A stretch of 64,000 nt of DNA from Candidatus Nitrosopelagicus sp. (GCA_022450565.1 JAKUOP010000010.1:10629-74628), one strand, 5' to 3'. Positions 9,941 to 21,047 are shown, numbered from the stretch's first letter. Numbers and translations are program-made. Notes: generated by a model not told the origin, from the sequence alone.

Positions 9941-11095
9941 ATGCCTAGCGGAAATGAGATAAGGCAAGGTATTGAGAGTAATTGGCATCAGTACCTTAGA
10001 AAATATGGAAATCTTTTTTCATCAAAAGAAGTTCAAGGTTCAAGTCCACCTTCTGTTTTTGTCGGTACATATGGTTATCCTAAAGTTTCTGTTGGTCCAA
10101 TGTTACCACCTGTTCACGGAGAAACTAGCATTTTAGACACTCCTGAAAAATGGATAGGTAAAAGTCTAGAAGACATTGTAAATTTTCGACTTAATCTTAT
10201 TAGAGGAATAAAAAAAATACCATCTACACAATGTGATGGACGTTACATTGAAAATTTACAGGATATGACAATGTCATCTAGTCCAGCAGATACTGAGATT
10301 GAATTTGTTAAACCAACATTTCCAGTAACATCAGTTGATCAACAATCTGCACCATTTGGACCTCTTGGAGAAATTAAAAATGCAAAATTTTCATCCACAC
10401 ATGCAAATCGTTCTATTGAAAAAATGTACTACGATCATGATTTAAAAGCTGATGATGCAATTATAAAATTATTTAATAGTGGAATTGATGTATCTAGAAT
10501 CCAGAAATGTTTAAGCATTGGCATGCTAGGCATAGATAGAAAGCTTGTTCCAACTAAATGGAGCATTACCGCAACTGATGATATTATCTCAAAATCATTA
10601 ATGACGCAAATTTTAGATTTTGATATTATTGATTCATTTAATGTGTTTTCATTTTCACATCTTGGAAATTTATTTTCTGTAATTCTCTTTCCACATAGAT
10701 GGTTATTTGAAATGCAAGAAGCATGGCATGATGGTAAATCTATTGGTTTTGGAAACGATTATGAGGATGCAAAAGGGATTTCACATCCACCAGAAATTGC
10801 TGGTGCATACTTTGCTGCAAAACTTGCAGTTGCAGAATATCTCTTTAAAAAACAGAAGCAAGCAGGAATTCTTGTATTAAGAGAAATTCAACCAGAATAT
10901 GCCATACCTGTAGGTGTATGGCAAGTCAGAGAAGGAGTTAGAGAAGCTATGAAACATCAAGCTATACTTGCTGAAAACATGGATAATGCAATAGAATTGG
11001 CAACAAGAAAAATGACTATAGGCAAAAATGAATGGATTAGAGAAGGTAAAATGCTTAAACTAATTCAGCAAAAAACAATCTCAGATTTTTTTTAA
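9941..11095 (+). CDS. nreA: Nre-family DNA repair protein
   Basis: GSSPPSVFVGTYGYPKV, LVPTKWSITATDD, C-terminal PIP box QQKTISDFF. Confidence 0.88.
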   Translation: MPSGNEIRQGIESNWHQYLRKYGNLFSSKEVQGSSPPSVFVGTYGYPKVSVGPMLPPVHGETSILDTPEKWIGKSLEDIVNFRLNLIRGIKKIPSTQCDGRYIENLQDMTMSSSPADTEIEFVKPTFPVTSVDQQSAPFGPLGEIKNAKFSSTHANRSIEKMYYDHDLKADDAIIKLFNSGIDVSRIQKCLSIGMLGIDRKLVPTKWSITATDDIISKSLMTQILDFDIIDSFNVFSFSHLGNLFSVILFPHRWLFEMQEAWHDGKSIGFGNDYEDAKGISHPPEIAGAYFAAKLAVAEYLFKKQKQAGILVLREIQPEYAIPVGVWQVREGVREAMKHQAILAENMDNAIELATRKMTIGKNEWIREGKMLKLIQQKTISDFF

Positions 11096-11130
11096 ATATA
11101 GTATTTATTGTCGGTTACCCAAATTTATCA

Positions 11131-12063
11131 ATGCAAAACAAGAATATTTTACTTGGAATAATAATAGTAATTCTTCCAACTATGTTCACAGTTGTAGCAT
11201 ATTCTGATTCATTTAGTCTAAGCTGGAATCAAGGACGTGGTGGTTTCTTATTTGCAATGGCATTCATTGTTGCCGAATTAGTTGGAATTAAGTATGTAAT
11301 ACCAAAAAATCGATTTTATCTTTGCATTCCTTTAATTGCTATTACAATATCATATTTTGCATTTCTGCCACACGGCATTCATGATTACATTATGAGTTTA
11401 GTGGATGTTTTTGGAGTTTTAGAGTATTCATGGGGTTGGCTATTTGATTTTGCTGTAATGGCAACATTTGTCACTGCGTCACTAGCAATACTGTTTGGAC
11501 GAAAATGGTTTAGAATAGCACCTGCGGGACCAATATTTCTTTCAGGCAGTGCAATAATACTCGCTTTAGACTCCTTCTTTCCATACGATACATTAGGTCC
11601 ATTACAGTATATTGTACCTTACTTAGTTCAGGCAAACGTATGGGTGATAACTGCACTAGATTTGGGTATTGCTACTGCACGTGACAACCTGATGTTTCTA
11701 AATGGTGATTTTGGACCTTTCGCATTGCAAGTATTTTGGCCTTCAGCTGGCGTGCATAGCATAATTATCTATTCACTTGTAATGATGGCATTTCTCATAA
11801 AGATGAACATAATCAGAAAGCGCAAGATTATGTATTTTGTGATTGGTATTGCAGGAACAATTTTTGTTAATATGATTAGAATTTTCTCACTATCGGTTTA
11901 CGCACTTAAGGTAACAACAGATCCTGAAGCATGGGAAGAATTTCACTCTGTTGCAGGAGAAATAATGTTTTTGCCATGGCTTTTCATATTCTTGTTAGTA
12001 GTTACAGCAATTGAAACTAGGCGACTAAAAAAAATAGAGTCTAATCAAATGTCTCAAAAATAG
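11131..12063 (+). CDS. thaumarchaeosortase (archaeosortase/exosortase family)
   Basis: Multi-TM protein; WPSAGVHS (Ser at catalytic Cys position), VNMIRI, EEFHSVAGE. Confidence 0.85.
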   Translation: MQNKNILLGIIIVILPTMFTVVAYSDSFSLSWNQGRGGFLFAMAFIVAELVGIKYVIPKNRFYLCIPLIAITISYFAFLPHGIHDYIMSLVDVFGVLEYSWGWLFDFAVMATFVTASLAILFGRKWFRIAPAGPIFLSGSAIILALDSFFPYDTLGPLQYIVPYLVQANVWVITALDLGIATARDNLMFLNGDFGPFALQVFWPSAGVHSIIIYSLVMMAFLIKMNIIRKRKIMYFVIGIAGTIFVNMIRIFSLSVYALKVTTDPEAWEEFHSVAGEIMFLPWLFIFLLVVTAIETRRLKKIESNQMSQK

Positions 12064-13148
12064 TTTGTTATACTACTCTGACCTTCCAAATCCGATAATT
12101 CTGAAATCCGTACGCCAATTCGACGTACTAATAATTGCTGTTCATCAAGAGCCTCGCCAAGTAATTGGTCTGTAGTTCTCTCCAATTCTTCAAGATTTGA
12201 AGTTGGATTTCGTAACATTCTTGATTTTGTCTTCATAGTTAAATCCTCATTGACAAATTGAATTCCTACTGATCTAAACATTTTATTATTATCTAATGCT
12301 AGTGCATGAACTTGTTTACACAGTCGTAGCAAATTTTGATGTAAAAAATCATAATTCTTTGAATTTTCTTTTAATGTTGTTATTTTACTGAATTGTATGG
12401 ATGGTTGTCTTTCTTTTACTGGTTCTAGATCAACCCCTCTTGCAGCATTGTAAATATACGTACCAATTTTTCTACCAAATTTATTATTTATTTCAAAAAA
12501 ATCTAGACGAAGCAAATCTTCTATTTTTTTACAATTTATCTCTGCCAAAACCGCTTCTGTTTTTTTCCCTATTCCAGGTATACGCCTAATTTCCAAATTA
12601 GATAGAAATTCTGAGATTTGATTAGGATTGACAATTGTCAAACCATCAGGTTTCATAAAATCAGATGCAACTTTGGATAATAGTTTATTTGGAGAAATTC
12701 CAATTGAACATGTCATTTTTAATTTCTGTCTAATTTCATTCTTCAACTGCTGTGCTATGTGACTTGCATTTTGAAAATTCTGGTTTGATTTAACTGTCAC
12801 ATCAAGAAACGCTTCATCTCTTCCAACATATTCAAAGACATCAGCAAATTTTTTAATAATATCCATTGCATCTGATGAAATCTTATCATAATAATCAAAA
12901 TCTGCGGGAAGAAACACTGCATCATGCCTATCATGCAATCTACTTTTTGCAAATTTTATTGGTATGCCTGATTTTACTTTGTATTCCCTTGCCTTGTAAT
13001 TTGCTGTGGCTATAGCACCACTATCTTCACCCCTATCTGAAAAAATACAAACTGCAACAGGTTTTGTTTTTAATTCAGGATTACGTATTTCTTCACATTG
13101 AGCATAGAAATAATCAAAATCAATATGAAAAATTACTCTATTTTCCAT
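12054..13148 (-). CDS. dinB: Y-family DNA polymerase IV (DinB/Dbh)
   Basis: HIDFDYFYAQCEE, ATANYKARE, GRDEAFLD, KLLSKVASDFMKPDGL; C-terminal QSSITNYF PIP box. Confidence 0.93.
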   Translation of the reverse strand: MENRVIFHIDFDYFYAQCEEIRNPELKTKPVAVCIFSDRGEDSGAIATANYKAREYKVKSGIPIKFAKSRLHDRHDAVFLPADFDYYDKISSDAMDIIKKFADVFEYVGRDEAFLDVTVKSNQNFQNASHIAQQLKNEIRQKLKMTCSIGISPNKLLSKVASDFMKPDGLTIVNPNQISEFLSNLEIRRIPGIGKKTEAVLAEINCKKIEDLLRLDFFEINNKFGRKIGTYIYNAARGVDLEPVKERQPSIQFSKITTLKENSKNYDFLHQNLLRLCKQVHALALDNNKMFRSVGIQFVNEDLTMKTKSRMLRNPTSNLEELERTTDQLLGEALDEQQLLVRRIGVRISELSDLEGQSSITNYF

Positions 13149-13209
13149 ACTAGCAATATTTCCTTAAGACATATTACAATTTGTCTAGTGAATACTCTAA
13201 ATATTATTC

Positions 13210-13473
13210 ATGTTTCTAAAGACTATGACTGAACCAATTATTGCAAATGATGAGGGAGTTAATGTAAAACCTGAACTCATGGAAAAAGAAAAACTTTATC
13301 ATTGTATTTACAAAGATAAAGTTATACTAGTTTACAAGGATCACCAAGATTTTCTTAATTGCTATGAAATTGAAGAGACAGATTTGGTTCAAGCGATAAA
13401 ATCTGGAAGTAGCCAAAACATTGATTCAATTTTAGAGGAATATATTGAAAACACAGACCTAAAATCTAAATAA
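13210..13473 (+). CDS. hypothetical protein
   Basis: ORF track, 87 aa, fills intergenic space. Confidence 0.6.
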   Translation: MFLKTMTEPIIANDEGVNVKPELMEKEKLYHCIYKDKVILVYKDHQDFLNCYEIEETDLVQAIKSGSSQNIDSILEEYIENTDLKSK

Positions 13474-13502
13474 ACCACGTGACGTTAAATAAGATCAGAG
13501 AA

Positions 13503-14045
13503 ATGAGTGATGAGCCTAACAGTGATGCAGTTGACATATTATCTGAATTAGAAAATGATGCAAAAAATACCAACAATGAACCTGAGGAACAAGTTACTTC
13601 TGTCCCTGAAGAATCTACAAATTCAGAATCAGAAAAAATACTAGCAGAAGCAGCCGCAGTTGCAGAATCGCAAACTGGAGAAATTACAAAAGAAGAATCA
13701 GTTAAGGTAGAGGATTCTAGTTCCGATTCAAAAAGTGTAAAACAACCAACGGAAGAATCAGATGAAAAAGTTAGGAATGTGATTTTTGTTGGAGGAAAAA
13801 CCATAATGACCTATGTTAACTCAACATTAACCCAGTTATCTGCCACCCCATTAGTCACAATAAAAGCTAGAGGCAAGCGAATAACACAAGCAGTAGATAT
13901 TTCACAATTTATCATGAAGAGAATGAACTCTGTTGGTTACAAAATTAACGATGTTAGAATTGCATCTGAGTCACTAGTATCACAAGACGGCAAAAGGCGT
14001 AATGTATCTCTGCTTGAAATTGACATAGTTAATACAAATGTCTAA
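13503..14045 (+). CDS. alba: Alba-family DNA/RNA-binding protein with long acidic N-terminal extension
   Basis: IFVGGKTIMTYV, IKARGKRITQAVD, RRNVSLLEIDI; start taken at ATG 13503 (track start GTG 13479). Confidence 0.85.
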   Translation: MSDEPNSDAVDILSELENDAKNTNNEPEEQVTSVPEESTNSESEKILAEAAAVAESQTGEITKEESVKVEDSSSDSKSVKQPTEESDEKVRNVIFVGGKTIMTYVNSTLTQLSATPLVTIKARGKRITQAVDISQFIMKRMNSVGYKINDVRIASESLVSQDGKRRNVSLLEIDIVNTNV

Positions 14046-14656
14046 ATTTCTGTAAGAAACCTGAGTCCAAAATAAATTAAAACTGTTGCCAGCGAGATGA
14101 CTAAAATTTTGTAATTCCTATTTGATAAAAAGTTTCTAGATTTTGATGCAAAAAATGCTACTATATACAGCCATACGTAATCCATCCAAATATGAAACAA
14201 AAACAATATGATTATTCCTAAGAATCCCCATAATTCTATTGATTCTGTAATTAATTTTAAGCCAACAGTTAACCACCATATAATAAAAAATGGATTCAAG
14301 GCACTAAGAAAAATCCCAGCTAGTATTGGTCCTCTACTAGGCTTGATATTTTTCTGGAAGTTTTTTTGAAATATACTTTTAATCTGCAAACCAGCAAAAG
14401 CAAATAATCCCAGTGCACCAATTACTGCAATCAAAACTCTAAATTCTGGAAAAATATTTGATGTGATAATCCCAGTACCAAGTAAAATTATTAGCGGAAA
14501 TTCAACAATTGTATGCCCTACTGCAATTTTTAATCCGGCAATTTTTCCTTCTTTAAGACCATATATTATATTGGCAGAAAATAATGGGCCCGGTGACATT
14601 ACACCTGATGCAGAAATTGCCACAACCATTATTGCAAAACCAATTACTTCTTGCAT
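14042..14656 (-). CDS. LysE/RhtB-family translocator
   Basis: VMSPGP, GHTIVE, LSALNPFFIIWW. Confidence 0.85.
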   Translation of the reverse strand: MQEVIGFAIMVVAISASGVMSPGPLFSANIIYGLKEGKIAGLKIAVGHTIVEFPLIILLGTGIITSNIFPEFRVLIAVIGALGLFAFAGLQIKSIFQKNFQKNIKPSRGPILAGIFLSALNPFFIIWWLTVGLKLITESIELWGFLGIIILFLFHIWMDYVWLYIVAFFASKSRNFLSNRNYKILVISLATVLIYFGLRFLTEI

Positions 14657-14686
14657 TACTTTTACTATCGAGTATAATGAAAAAAT

Positions 14687-15397
14687 TTATCGGTAGATGT
14701 TATCGCCAAGATCCTTAGCATCATCTGTTGCTTGCTGAATTTGCTGTTCAATAATTTTTGATTCTTTTTCTAATTTTGTAAGGTTGCAAGATACACCTGG
14801 TACAAGCTTAGTTAGAACATTACATAAATTGGAAGTCGCAGTAAAATCTGGGATATCTTTGCTAGAACTAACCAGTAAGACGATTACATCTTGACCCTTT
14901 AACATTCCCTCATTCAGTAAAACACCTGGGATGCCAGGTATTGTTGCATTCTCTACAACTGGAATTCCAGCGGTGACTAATTTTCCTCTTGCATTACCTG
15001 TTGACGCTACACCGACAATTTCATTACTTAAATCACCTTTAACAGTTATACTGCTAATTATCATAGAACATTTTTTCTCTTTTGTCCAGTTTAGCATTAC
15101 CCTGGCCGCAGGCTTGTGTAAAGAGACGTCAAGTGTCAGGTACGAAGAAAAAACTGCAACCTTTAATTCATTATTAATGAAAATCCTTGTTGGATAGTTT
15201 GGTATGCCATTTTTAATTATACTGATTGGTGGAAATCGATCTGAGTCAATTATTGCACCTAATTCAAATTGTGTTGTACTGATTAGAGATTCTGTTGCAA
15301 CTGCACTAGTTAGCCCTGTTGACGGAAATCCATTAATTACAATTCCACCTTCTATGTTTATTGGAACAATTTCTTTAACATCAATATCTGTACTCAT
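14687..15397 (-). CDS. PAC2-family proteasome assembly chaperone
   Basis: INGFPSTGLTSAVAT, IDSDRFPPI, GIPGVLL, PD..A motifs. Confidence 0.8.
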   Translation of the reverse strand: MSTDIDVKEIVPINIEGGIVINGFPSTGLTSAVATESLISTTQFELGAIIDSDRFPPISIIKNGIPNYPTRIFINNELKVAVFSSYLTLDVSLHKPAARVMLNWTKEKKCSMIISSITVKGDLSNEIVGVASTGNARGKLVTAGIPVVENATIPGIPGVLLNEGMLKGQDVIVLLVSSSKDIPDFTATSNLCNVLTKLVPGVSCNLTKLEKESKIIEQQIQQATDDAKDLGDNIYR

Positions 15398-15480
15398 ACT
15401 ATAGTATTATCAAGGGTAGTTATAATTTTTTAAATTTCATTAAGAAAACTTTAAACCACAAATAAAATACCAATTTGAAC

Positions 15481-16575
15481 ATGGTTGAAAAGATCAAAGT
15501 TGCATTAGTGGGTTTAGGCAACTGTTTTTCTGGTCTTATTCAGGGAATTGAATACTATAAGAAAAACCCATCACAGCAAGTAATTGGAATTATACACGAC
15601 AAGCTTCGTGATTACTCAATACATGATATTGACTTTGTTGCAGGTTTCGATGTTGGAGAAAATAAAGTTGGAAAGCCAGTAAATGAAGCAATCTATGAGT
15701 CACCTAACATGGTAGATTGGATTCCAAAAGAAGAAATGCCGAAAACTAATGGTAAGGTGTATGAGAGCCCTGCTTTGGATGGTGTTGGAATCTGGGTTGA
15801 GAATAAAGTAAAACCAATTCAAAGTAATAAATCTGAATCAGAAATAGAAGAGGAGATTAAGAAAGTCATCAAGGAGACAGGAACTGAGATAATAGTGTCA
15901 TATCTACCTGTTGGTTCTGAAAAGGCAACTCAGTTTTGGGCAAATATATGCCTTGAAACAAATACTGCATTTGTTAATTGTATGCCTGCATTCATAGCAT
16001 CTGATAAAGAATGGGCACAAAAATTCAAGGATAAAAACATCCCAATAATTGGGGATGACATCAAGGGTCAAGTTGGTGCTACAATTGTACACAGAACACT
16101 TGCAAGACTTTGTGATGAAAGAGGTACAAAGATAGAAAAGACATACCAAATCAACGTAGGTGGAAATACAGACTTTCTGAATATGAAAGAACAAGAGAGG
16201 CTAGTGAGCAAAAGAATCTCTAAAACTGAGAGTGTGCAAAGTCAGCTTACAGAGAGATTAGATGATGAACAAATCTATGTAGGACCATCAGATTTCATTC
16301 CTTTCTTGGGAAATACCAAACTTATGTTTATGAGAATTGAGGGTAGGCAATGGGCAAATATTCCATATAATATGGAGGTAAGGCTTGAAGTTGATGACAA
16401 AGCAAATTCTGCAGGAATAGTAATTGATGCTATTAGGCTTGCAAAGATAGCCTTGGATAGAGGCATGGGCGGGCCAATAATACCAGCCAGCGCATATCTT
16501 ATGAAACATCCAATAGAACAGATGACTGATCCAGTAGCTAAAACTGAACTTGAGAAATTTGTTAGTGAAGATTAA
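15481..16575 (+). CDS. ino1: myo-inositol-1-phosphate synthase
   Basis: VGLGNCFSGL, SYLPVGS, GDDIKGQVGAT, GGNTDFLNM, SKTESV, DDKANSAG. Confidence 0.93.
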   Translation: MVEKIKVALVGLGNCFSGLIQGIEYYKKNPSQQVIGIIHDKLRDYSIHDIDFVAGFDVGENKVGKPVNEAIYESPNMVDWIPKEEMPKTNGKVYESPALDGVGIWVENKVKPIQSNKSESEIEEEIKKVIKETGTEIIVSYLPVGSEKATQFWANICLETNTAFVNCMPAFIASDKEWAQKFKDKNIPIIGDDIKGQVGATIVHRTLARLCDERGTKIEKTYQINVGGNTDFLNMKEQERLVSKRISKTESVQSQLTERLDDEQIYVGPSDFIPFLGNTKLMFMRIEGRQWANIPYNMEVRLEVDDKANSAGIVIDAIRLAKIALDRGMGGPIIPASAYLMKHPIEQMTDPVAKTELEKFVSED

Positions 16576-16668
16576 CCTAGTAAAATTCTGTAACATTACA
16601 AAGTTTGTTAGTCAAGTCAACTAAACTTGTTAGCACTAATTATGGAAGCGTAAGAATGTTATTTTTTA

Positions 16669-19600
16669 TTGGTTCATATTAAAAAGGTAGAAATTTTTGG
16701 TTTCAAATCATTTGGGTTCAAGAACACAATTGTTGATTTTGAGCCAGGTTTAGTATCAATTTCTGGACCAAACGGTTCAGGCAAAAGTAATATTTTAGAC
16801 GCAATAATTTTTGCACTGGGTGAAAACAGACCAAAGGTAATGCGTGCACCAAACCTTCGTGCACTAATTCATGATATTGAAGGAAGCACCAGAAGAGGAC
16901 CCAAAATGGCACGTTCAAGTGTACAATTTGATAATTCGGATAGAAAGATTCCAGTTGATTCTGATCTTGTAACAATTACACGAGAAATGAACGATAAAGG
17001 TGATAACATATATTTTTTAGACAAGACCAAAGTCCAACGCCAGAAAATTCTTGAATTAATGGAACTTGCTAATGCAGGTCTAAATCAAATGAATGCAGTT
17101 CAGCAAGGAACTGTAACAAGAATTTCAGAATTTACTTCAGAGGAGAAGAGAGAAACAATTGAAGATCTAATAGGATTATCAGCGTTTGATGAAAAGAAAA
17201 AGGAGGCAGAAAAACAGCTATCTGAAGCCGATCAAAGACTTGCCATATCTCTTGCAAAAATGGGTGAAGTTAAGAAACGAATTGATGATTTGGAGATAGA
17301 GAGAAACCACAAACTTCGGTACGATCTTATTGATAGGGAGCTTAATCGCTTTAGAGCGATCTCTGCCGCTAGCAATTTGAAAGTGCTCCTAACTGAAAAA
17401 ACATCTAAAGAAAGAACACAAAATGCGCTAAATTCTGAAAAAAAACACTTTGAAGATGAGCGTAATATACTGAGAAAACAGCACTCTGAGCTACAGAAAC
17501 AGAAAAACCAATTCTTGGATGAAACAAATTCCTATAATCAATCAAAATCCAAGATTGATACTGCATTAAGTGGAGTGAAACAATCTTTTGATGCTGCAGA
17601 GAGTAGTATTATAACAAACAATAAACGATTAACACAAATTAATTCAAGAATACCAGAACTAACACCATTACTATCAACATTAGATAAAGAACGTGCTTCA
17701 TTAGAATTACAAATTGAGAATAAAAAGAAACTCATTAACTCATTACGTGAAAAGAAAAAGGAAACCGATGATATCTCAGAAACAATTACATCAAGACGAT
17801 CAGAAACTCTAAAGAAACAATCAAGTATTTCTGGTCAAAAGCGTGAAGTTGACAATAAAATTTCTAATCTTACAAATAAAATAACTAATGTAAAGTTGTT
17901 AGTAGGTAGACTTGGTTCTGAAATCACTGATATAGATGAAAAACTTACAGCAAATACTAGTAAACACCAAGGTATAACTTCTAACCAAGATTATCTTCAA
18001 AAACAAAAAACAAAATTAGAACGTGCGATAACTAATCATAAACAAACTATTGATGAAGTTAAAAAACGGATAAAAATTCATGAAGAAAAGAAACATAGAT
18101 TAGAAAATGAAATATCTGAATTATCATCACTTATTGATGCATCATCTCAGGGTGCTAACAAATATGAAACTAAAATTAAATTTGTTAAAGGAATAATGCA
18201 TGAAGATTATTCAATTTCAAAACTAAAACATGATGCAGATAACTTGGGAATTGAAGGTTTAGTTTATGAAATTTTATCATGGAATAAAAAATATGAACGT
18301 GCTGTATTAGCTGTAAGTTCTGACTGGATAAAGGCAGCTGTAGTAAAGAACTTTGAGGCTTTAATCTCTCTTGCAGAATCTGTAAGGGAGAAAAAATTGC
18401 CAAAACTAAAGATTATTCCCTTAGAAGCAATTCCTGACGTCAGACTAAACCCTCCTGATGATTCTGCTGTAATTGGGGTGTTATCTGATTATGTTTCATG
18501 TGATGCTAAATTCAATCCGCTCAAAACATTTCTTTTTGGAAATATTTTACTTGTTGATTCACGAAACGCAGCCATTAAAATCTCAAAATTAGGTTACAAG
18601 ACTATAACATTGGAAGGTGAATTCTATGAGGCTAAAGCATCAGCAGTTGTGATAGATATTAATTCGAAAATCTCGAAATTGACCAAAATCATCAATATGA
18701 GCGATTCAGTTGAAGGGCTTCAGAGTATGATTTCCGTCTTACGAAAAACTGTACAAAAGAAGAAAAACCTTGTTAAAAAATATCAAGATTTGATAAAAAC
18801 TCATGATAATAGGATAAATTTATCTGAACAAGGTTTAGTCGTTACACACAACAGTTATTCAGATTTAAAGAATAAAATTATTTCAATAACAAAAAATCTG
18901 GATCAATTTGTATCCAGAAATAAGCAGTTAGAAAAAAAGAAGGAGCGTTTTTCTACCGAATTAATTAAACAGCGTTCACATTTAGAATCGCTTGAATCAC
19001 AAATTAGATTAGTAAGAGAAAATTATGCGGAACCACAAATGGACAGTATTTCAAATGAATTGAAATCACTTAATGAACAATTTTCTGAATCAATAAAAAA
19101 ACAAAACACAAACCATACAGAATTAAAAGAAAAAGAAACTGAGCTTGCAACACTAATGGCATCTATAACAAAGAATAGAAGCATACATAGGACTTCCCAA
19201 CAGGAGTATTCATCAATCAAAGATGAGAAGTATCATCTTGAAGTGGATGTCAGAAAGAAAGAAAAAGAAAGATCTCAAGCAGAAGAAGAATTAATAAAAT
19301 TAAGACAGGAAGAACAGGATCTTATATCAACTTCTGGTACTTCCGTTGAAAAAATGAAAGAGTTTGATGATGGTATAGAGAAATTACATAATCAAGAGCG
19401 TGATCTAACACGTGAGATAGGAGTACGTGAAAGAAAATCTGATAGTTTGAATCGCGATTTATCTGATATTATAGAAAAAGAATCAAAAATTAAGGTAATG
19501 TTATCTACATTTGGTTTTGATGAAACTATTGAAGTATTTGATGTCACTTCATTAATTTCATCCCTTGAGCATGAACAGAATAAAATTAAATCATCTCTTA

Positions 19601-20214
19601 ACGCAGGTGCACCATCACAATTTTCTGAGATTTCATTCGGCTATAGAACAGCCTCATCAAATAAGAATATACTAGAACAAGAGAGAAACAAGATTGTCTC
19701 CTTTATAGAATCAGTTGAAAAAGAAAAACGACAGACATTTTTGAATGCATTTGACACAGTTGATAAGGAAATTCGTGATGCATTTTCTAAAATGACTGGT
19801 GGAAATGCATGGCTAGAATTAGAAAACGAGGATGACATATTTGCCTCAGGTCTTAATTATATTATACAATTCCCAAATAAACCTAAGCGTGAATCAACAT
19901 CAATCAGTGGTGGTGAAAAAACACTTGCTGCTATTGTTTTCGTTCTTGCCTTACAAAAACTAAACCCATCACCATTTTATCTATTTGATGAAGTTGACGC
20001 ACATCTTGATGCACCGAACGCATCAAAACTATCAAAGATCATAAAAGAACGTTCCATTGGAAGCCAATTTCTTATGGTTTCATTAAAGGACTCTGTTGTT
20101 GAAAAGGCTAGATTGATCTACGGCGTATTTCCAAAAAATGGTGTTTCACATGTGGTGAAATACAAAGATAAACAAATGTTGAATCTAGAAGAGGAATCTA
20201 CCATTACCAATTAA
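16669..20214 (+). CDS. smc: chromosome segregation protein SMC
   Basis: Walker A GPNGSGKSN, long coiled coils with hinge, signature ISGGEK, Walker B LFDEVDAHLD. Confidence 0.95.
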   Translation: MVHIKKVEIFGFKSFGFKNTIVDFEPGLVSISGPNGSGKSNILDAIIFALGENRPKVMRAPNLRALIHDIEGSTRRGPKMARSSVQFDNSDRKIPVDSDLVTITREMNDKGDNIYFLDKTKVQRQKILELMELANAGLNQMNAVQQGTVTRISEFTSEEKRETIEDLIGLSAFDEKKKEAEKQLSEADQRLAISLAKMGEVKKRIDDLEIERNHKLRYDLIDRELNRFRAISAASNLKVLLTEKTSKERTQNALNSEKKHFEDERNILRKQHSELQKQKNQFLDETNSYNQSKSKIDTALSGVKQSFDAAESSIITNNKRLTQINSRIPELTPLLSTLDKERASLELQIENKKKLINSLREKKKETDDISETITSRRSETLKKQSSISGQKREVDNKISNLTNKITNVKLLVGRLGSEITDIDEKLTANTSKHQGITSNQDYLQKQKTKLERAITNHKQTIDEVKKRIKIHEEKKHRLENEISELSSLIDASSQGANKYETKIKFVKGIMHEDYSISKLKHDADNLGIEGLVYEILSWNKKYERAVLAVSSDWIKAAVVKNFEALISLAESVREKKLPKLKIIPLEAIPDVRLNPPDDSAVIGVLSDYVSCDAKFNPLKTFLFGNILLVDSRNAAIKISKLGYKTITLEGEFYEAKASAVVIDINSKISKLTKIINMSDSVEGLQSMISVLRKTVQKKKNLVKKYQDLIKTHDNRINLSEQGLVVTHNSYSDLKNKIISITKNLDQFVSRNKQLEKKKERFSTELIKQRSHLESLESQIRLVRENYAEPQMDSISNELKSLNEQFSESIKKQNTNHTELKEKETELATLMASITKNRSIHRTSQQEYSSIKDEKYHLEVDVRKKEKERSQAEEELIKLRQEEQDLISTSGTSVEKMKEFDDGIEKLHNQERDLTREIGVRERKSDSLNRDLSDIIEKESKIKVMLSTFGFDETIEVFDVTSLISSLEHEQNKIKSSLNAGAPSQFSEISFGYRTASSNKNILEQERNKIVSFIESVEKEKRQTFLNAFDTVDKEIRDAFSKMTGGNAWLELENEDDIFASGLNYIIQFPNKPKRESTSISGGEKTLAAIVFVLALQKLNPSPFYLFDEVDAHLDAPNASKLSKIIKERSIGSQFLMVSLKDSVVEKARLIYGVFPKNGVSHVVKYKDKQMLNLEEESTITN

Positions 20215-21047
20215 GTATCTGTCTTCCAATTAATTTTTTTTTCTTTGTATAGATTTTCTGCATCAGGATTTGGTATGGCATCAATTAATGCTTGTGTATA
20301 TTTATGCTTAGGATTGCGAAGCACATTATCAATAATGCCAGACTCCATAATCTTACCGGAGAATAAAACGATTATTTTATCTGCAAAATATTTTGCAGTT
20401 GCAAGATCATGTGTAATGTAAATAAATGAAATATTGTTCTTTTTTTGAATCTCACTCATTAATTCTAAAATTTCCCCACGCACAGAAACATCTAACATTG
20501 ATACTGGTTCATCTGCAATAATTACTTGTGGTCTTGTAACTAATGCCCTTGCTATAGCAACTCTTTGGCGTTGCCCTCCAGAAAGCATATGTGGAAATTT
20601 TTCTATGATTTCTTCAGCAGGTTCTAATTTGACAAGTTTTAAAGTTTCTAAAATAATTCTATATTTTTCTTCACTGTTTACTTTATTATGAATTTCTAAT
20701 GGCTCACTAACTATATCAAAAATTTTCATTCTTGGATTTATCGAATCATAAGGATCTTGATGAATCATTTGACATTTACTTCTAAATTTTTTGAGGTGTT
20801 CGAAATCGTTTGAGATTTCTTTTTGTTTGAAGAATATTTTACCAGAATCAGGCTCAATAGACCTTAGAATTAGTTTTGCGATAGTTGATTTTCCAGAACC
20901 TGATTGACCGACAAGAGCTAAAACTTCACCTTCTATAAGGGAAAAACTGACATTATTCACAGCTAGAACTGAATTTGTTCCTGAATGAAAAAATCCTTTT
21001 TTAGTGAAAGTCTTACTTAACCCCTCGATTCTTAGAATCTCATTCAA
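20211..21047 (-). CDS. oligopeptide/dipeptide ABC transporter ATP-binding protein
   Basis: GQSGSGKS, LSGGQRQR, IADEPVSMLD, NPKHKYTQALIDAIP. Confidence 0.9.
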   Translation of the reverse strand: MNEILRIEGLSKTFTKKGFFHSGTNSVLAVNNVSFSLIEGEVLALVGQSGSGKSTIAKLILRSIEPDSGKIFFKQKEISNDFEHLKKFRSKCQMIHQDPYDSINPRMKIFDIVSEPLEIHNKVNSEEKYRIILETLKLVKLEPAEEIIEKFPHMLSGGQRQRVAIARALVTRPQVIIADEPVSMLDVSVRGEILELMSEIQKKNNISFIYITHDLATAKYFADKIIVLFSGKIMESGIIDNVLRNPKHKYTQALIDAIPNPDAENLYKEKKINWKTDT

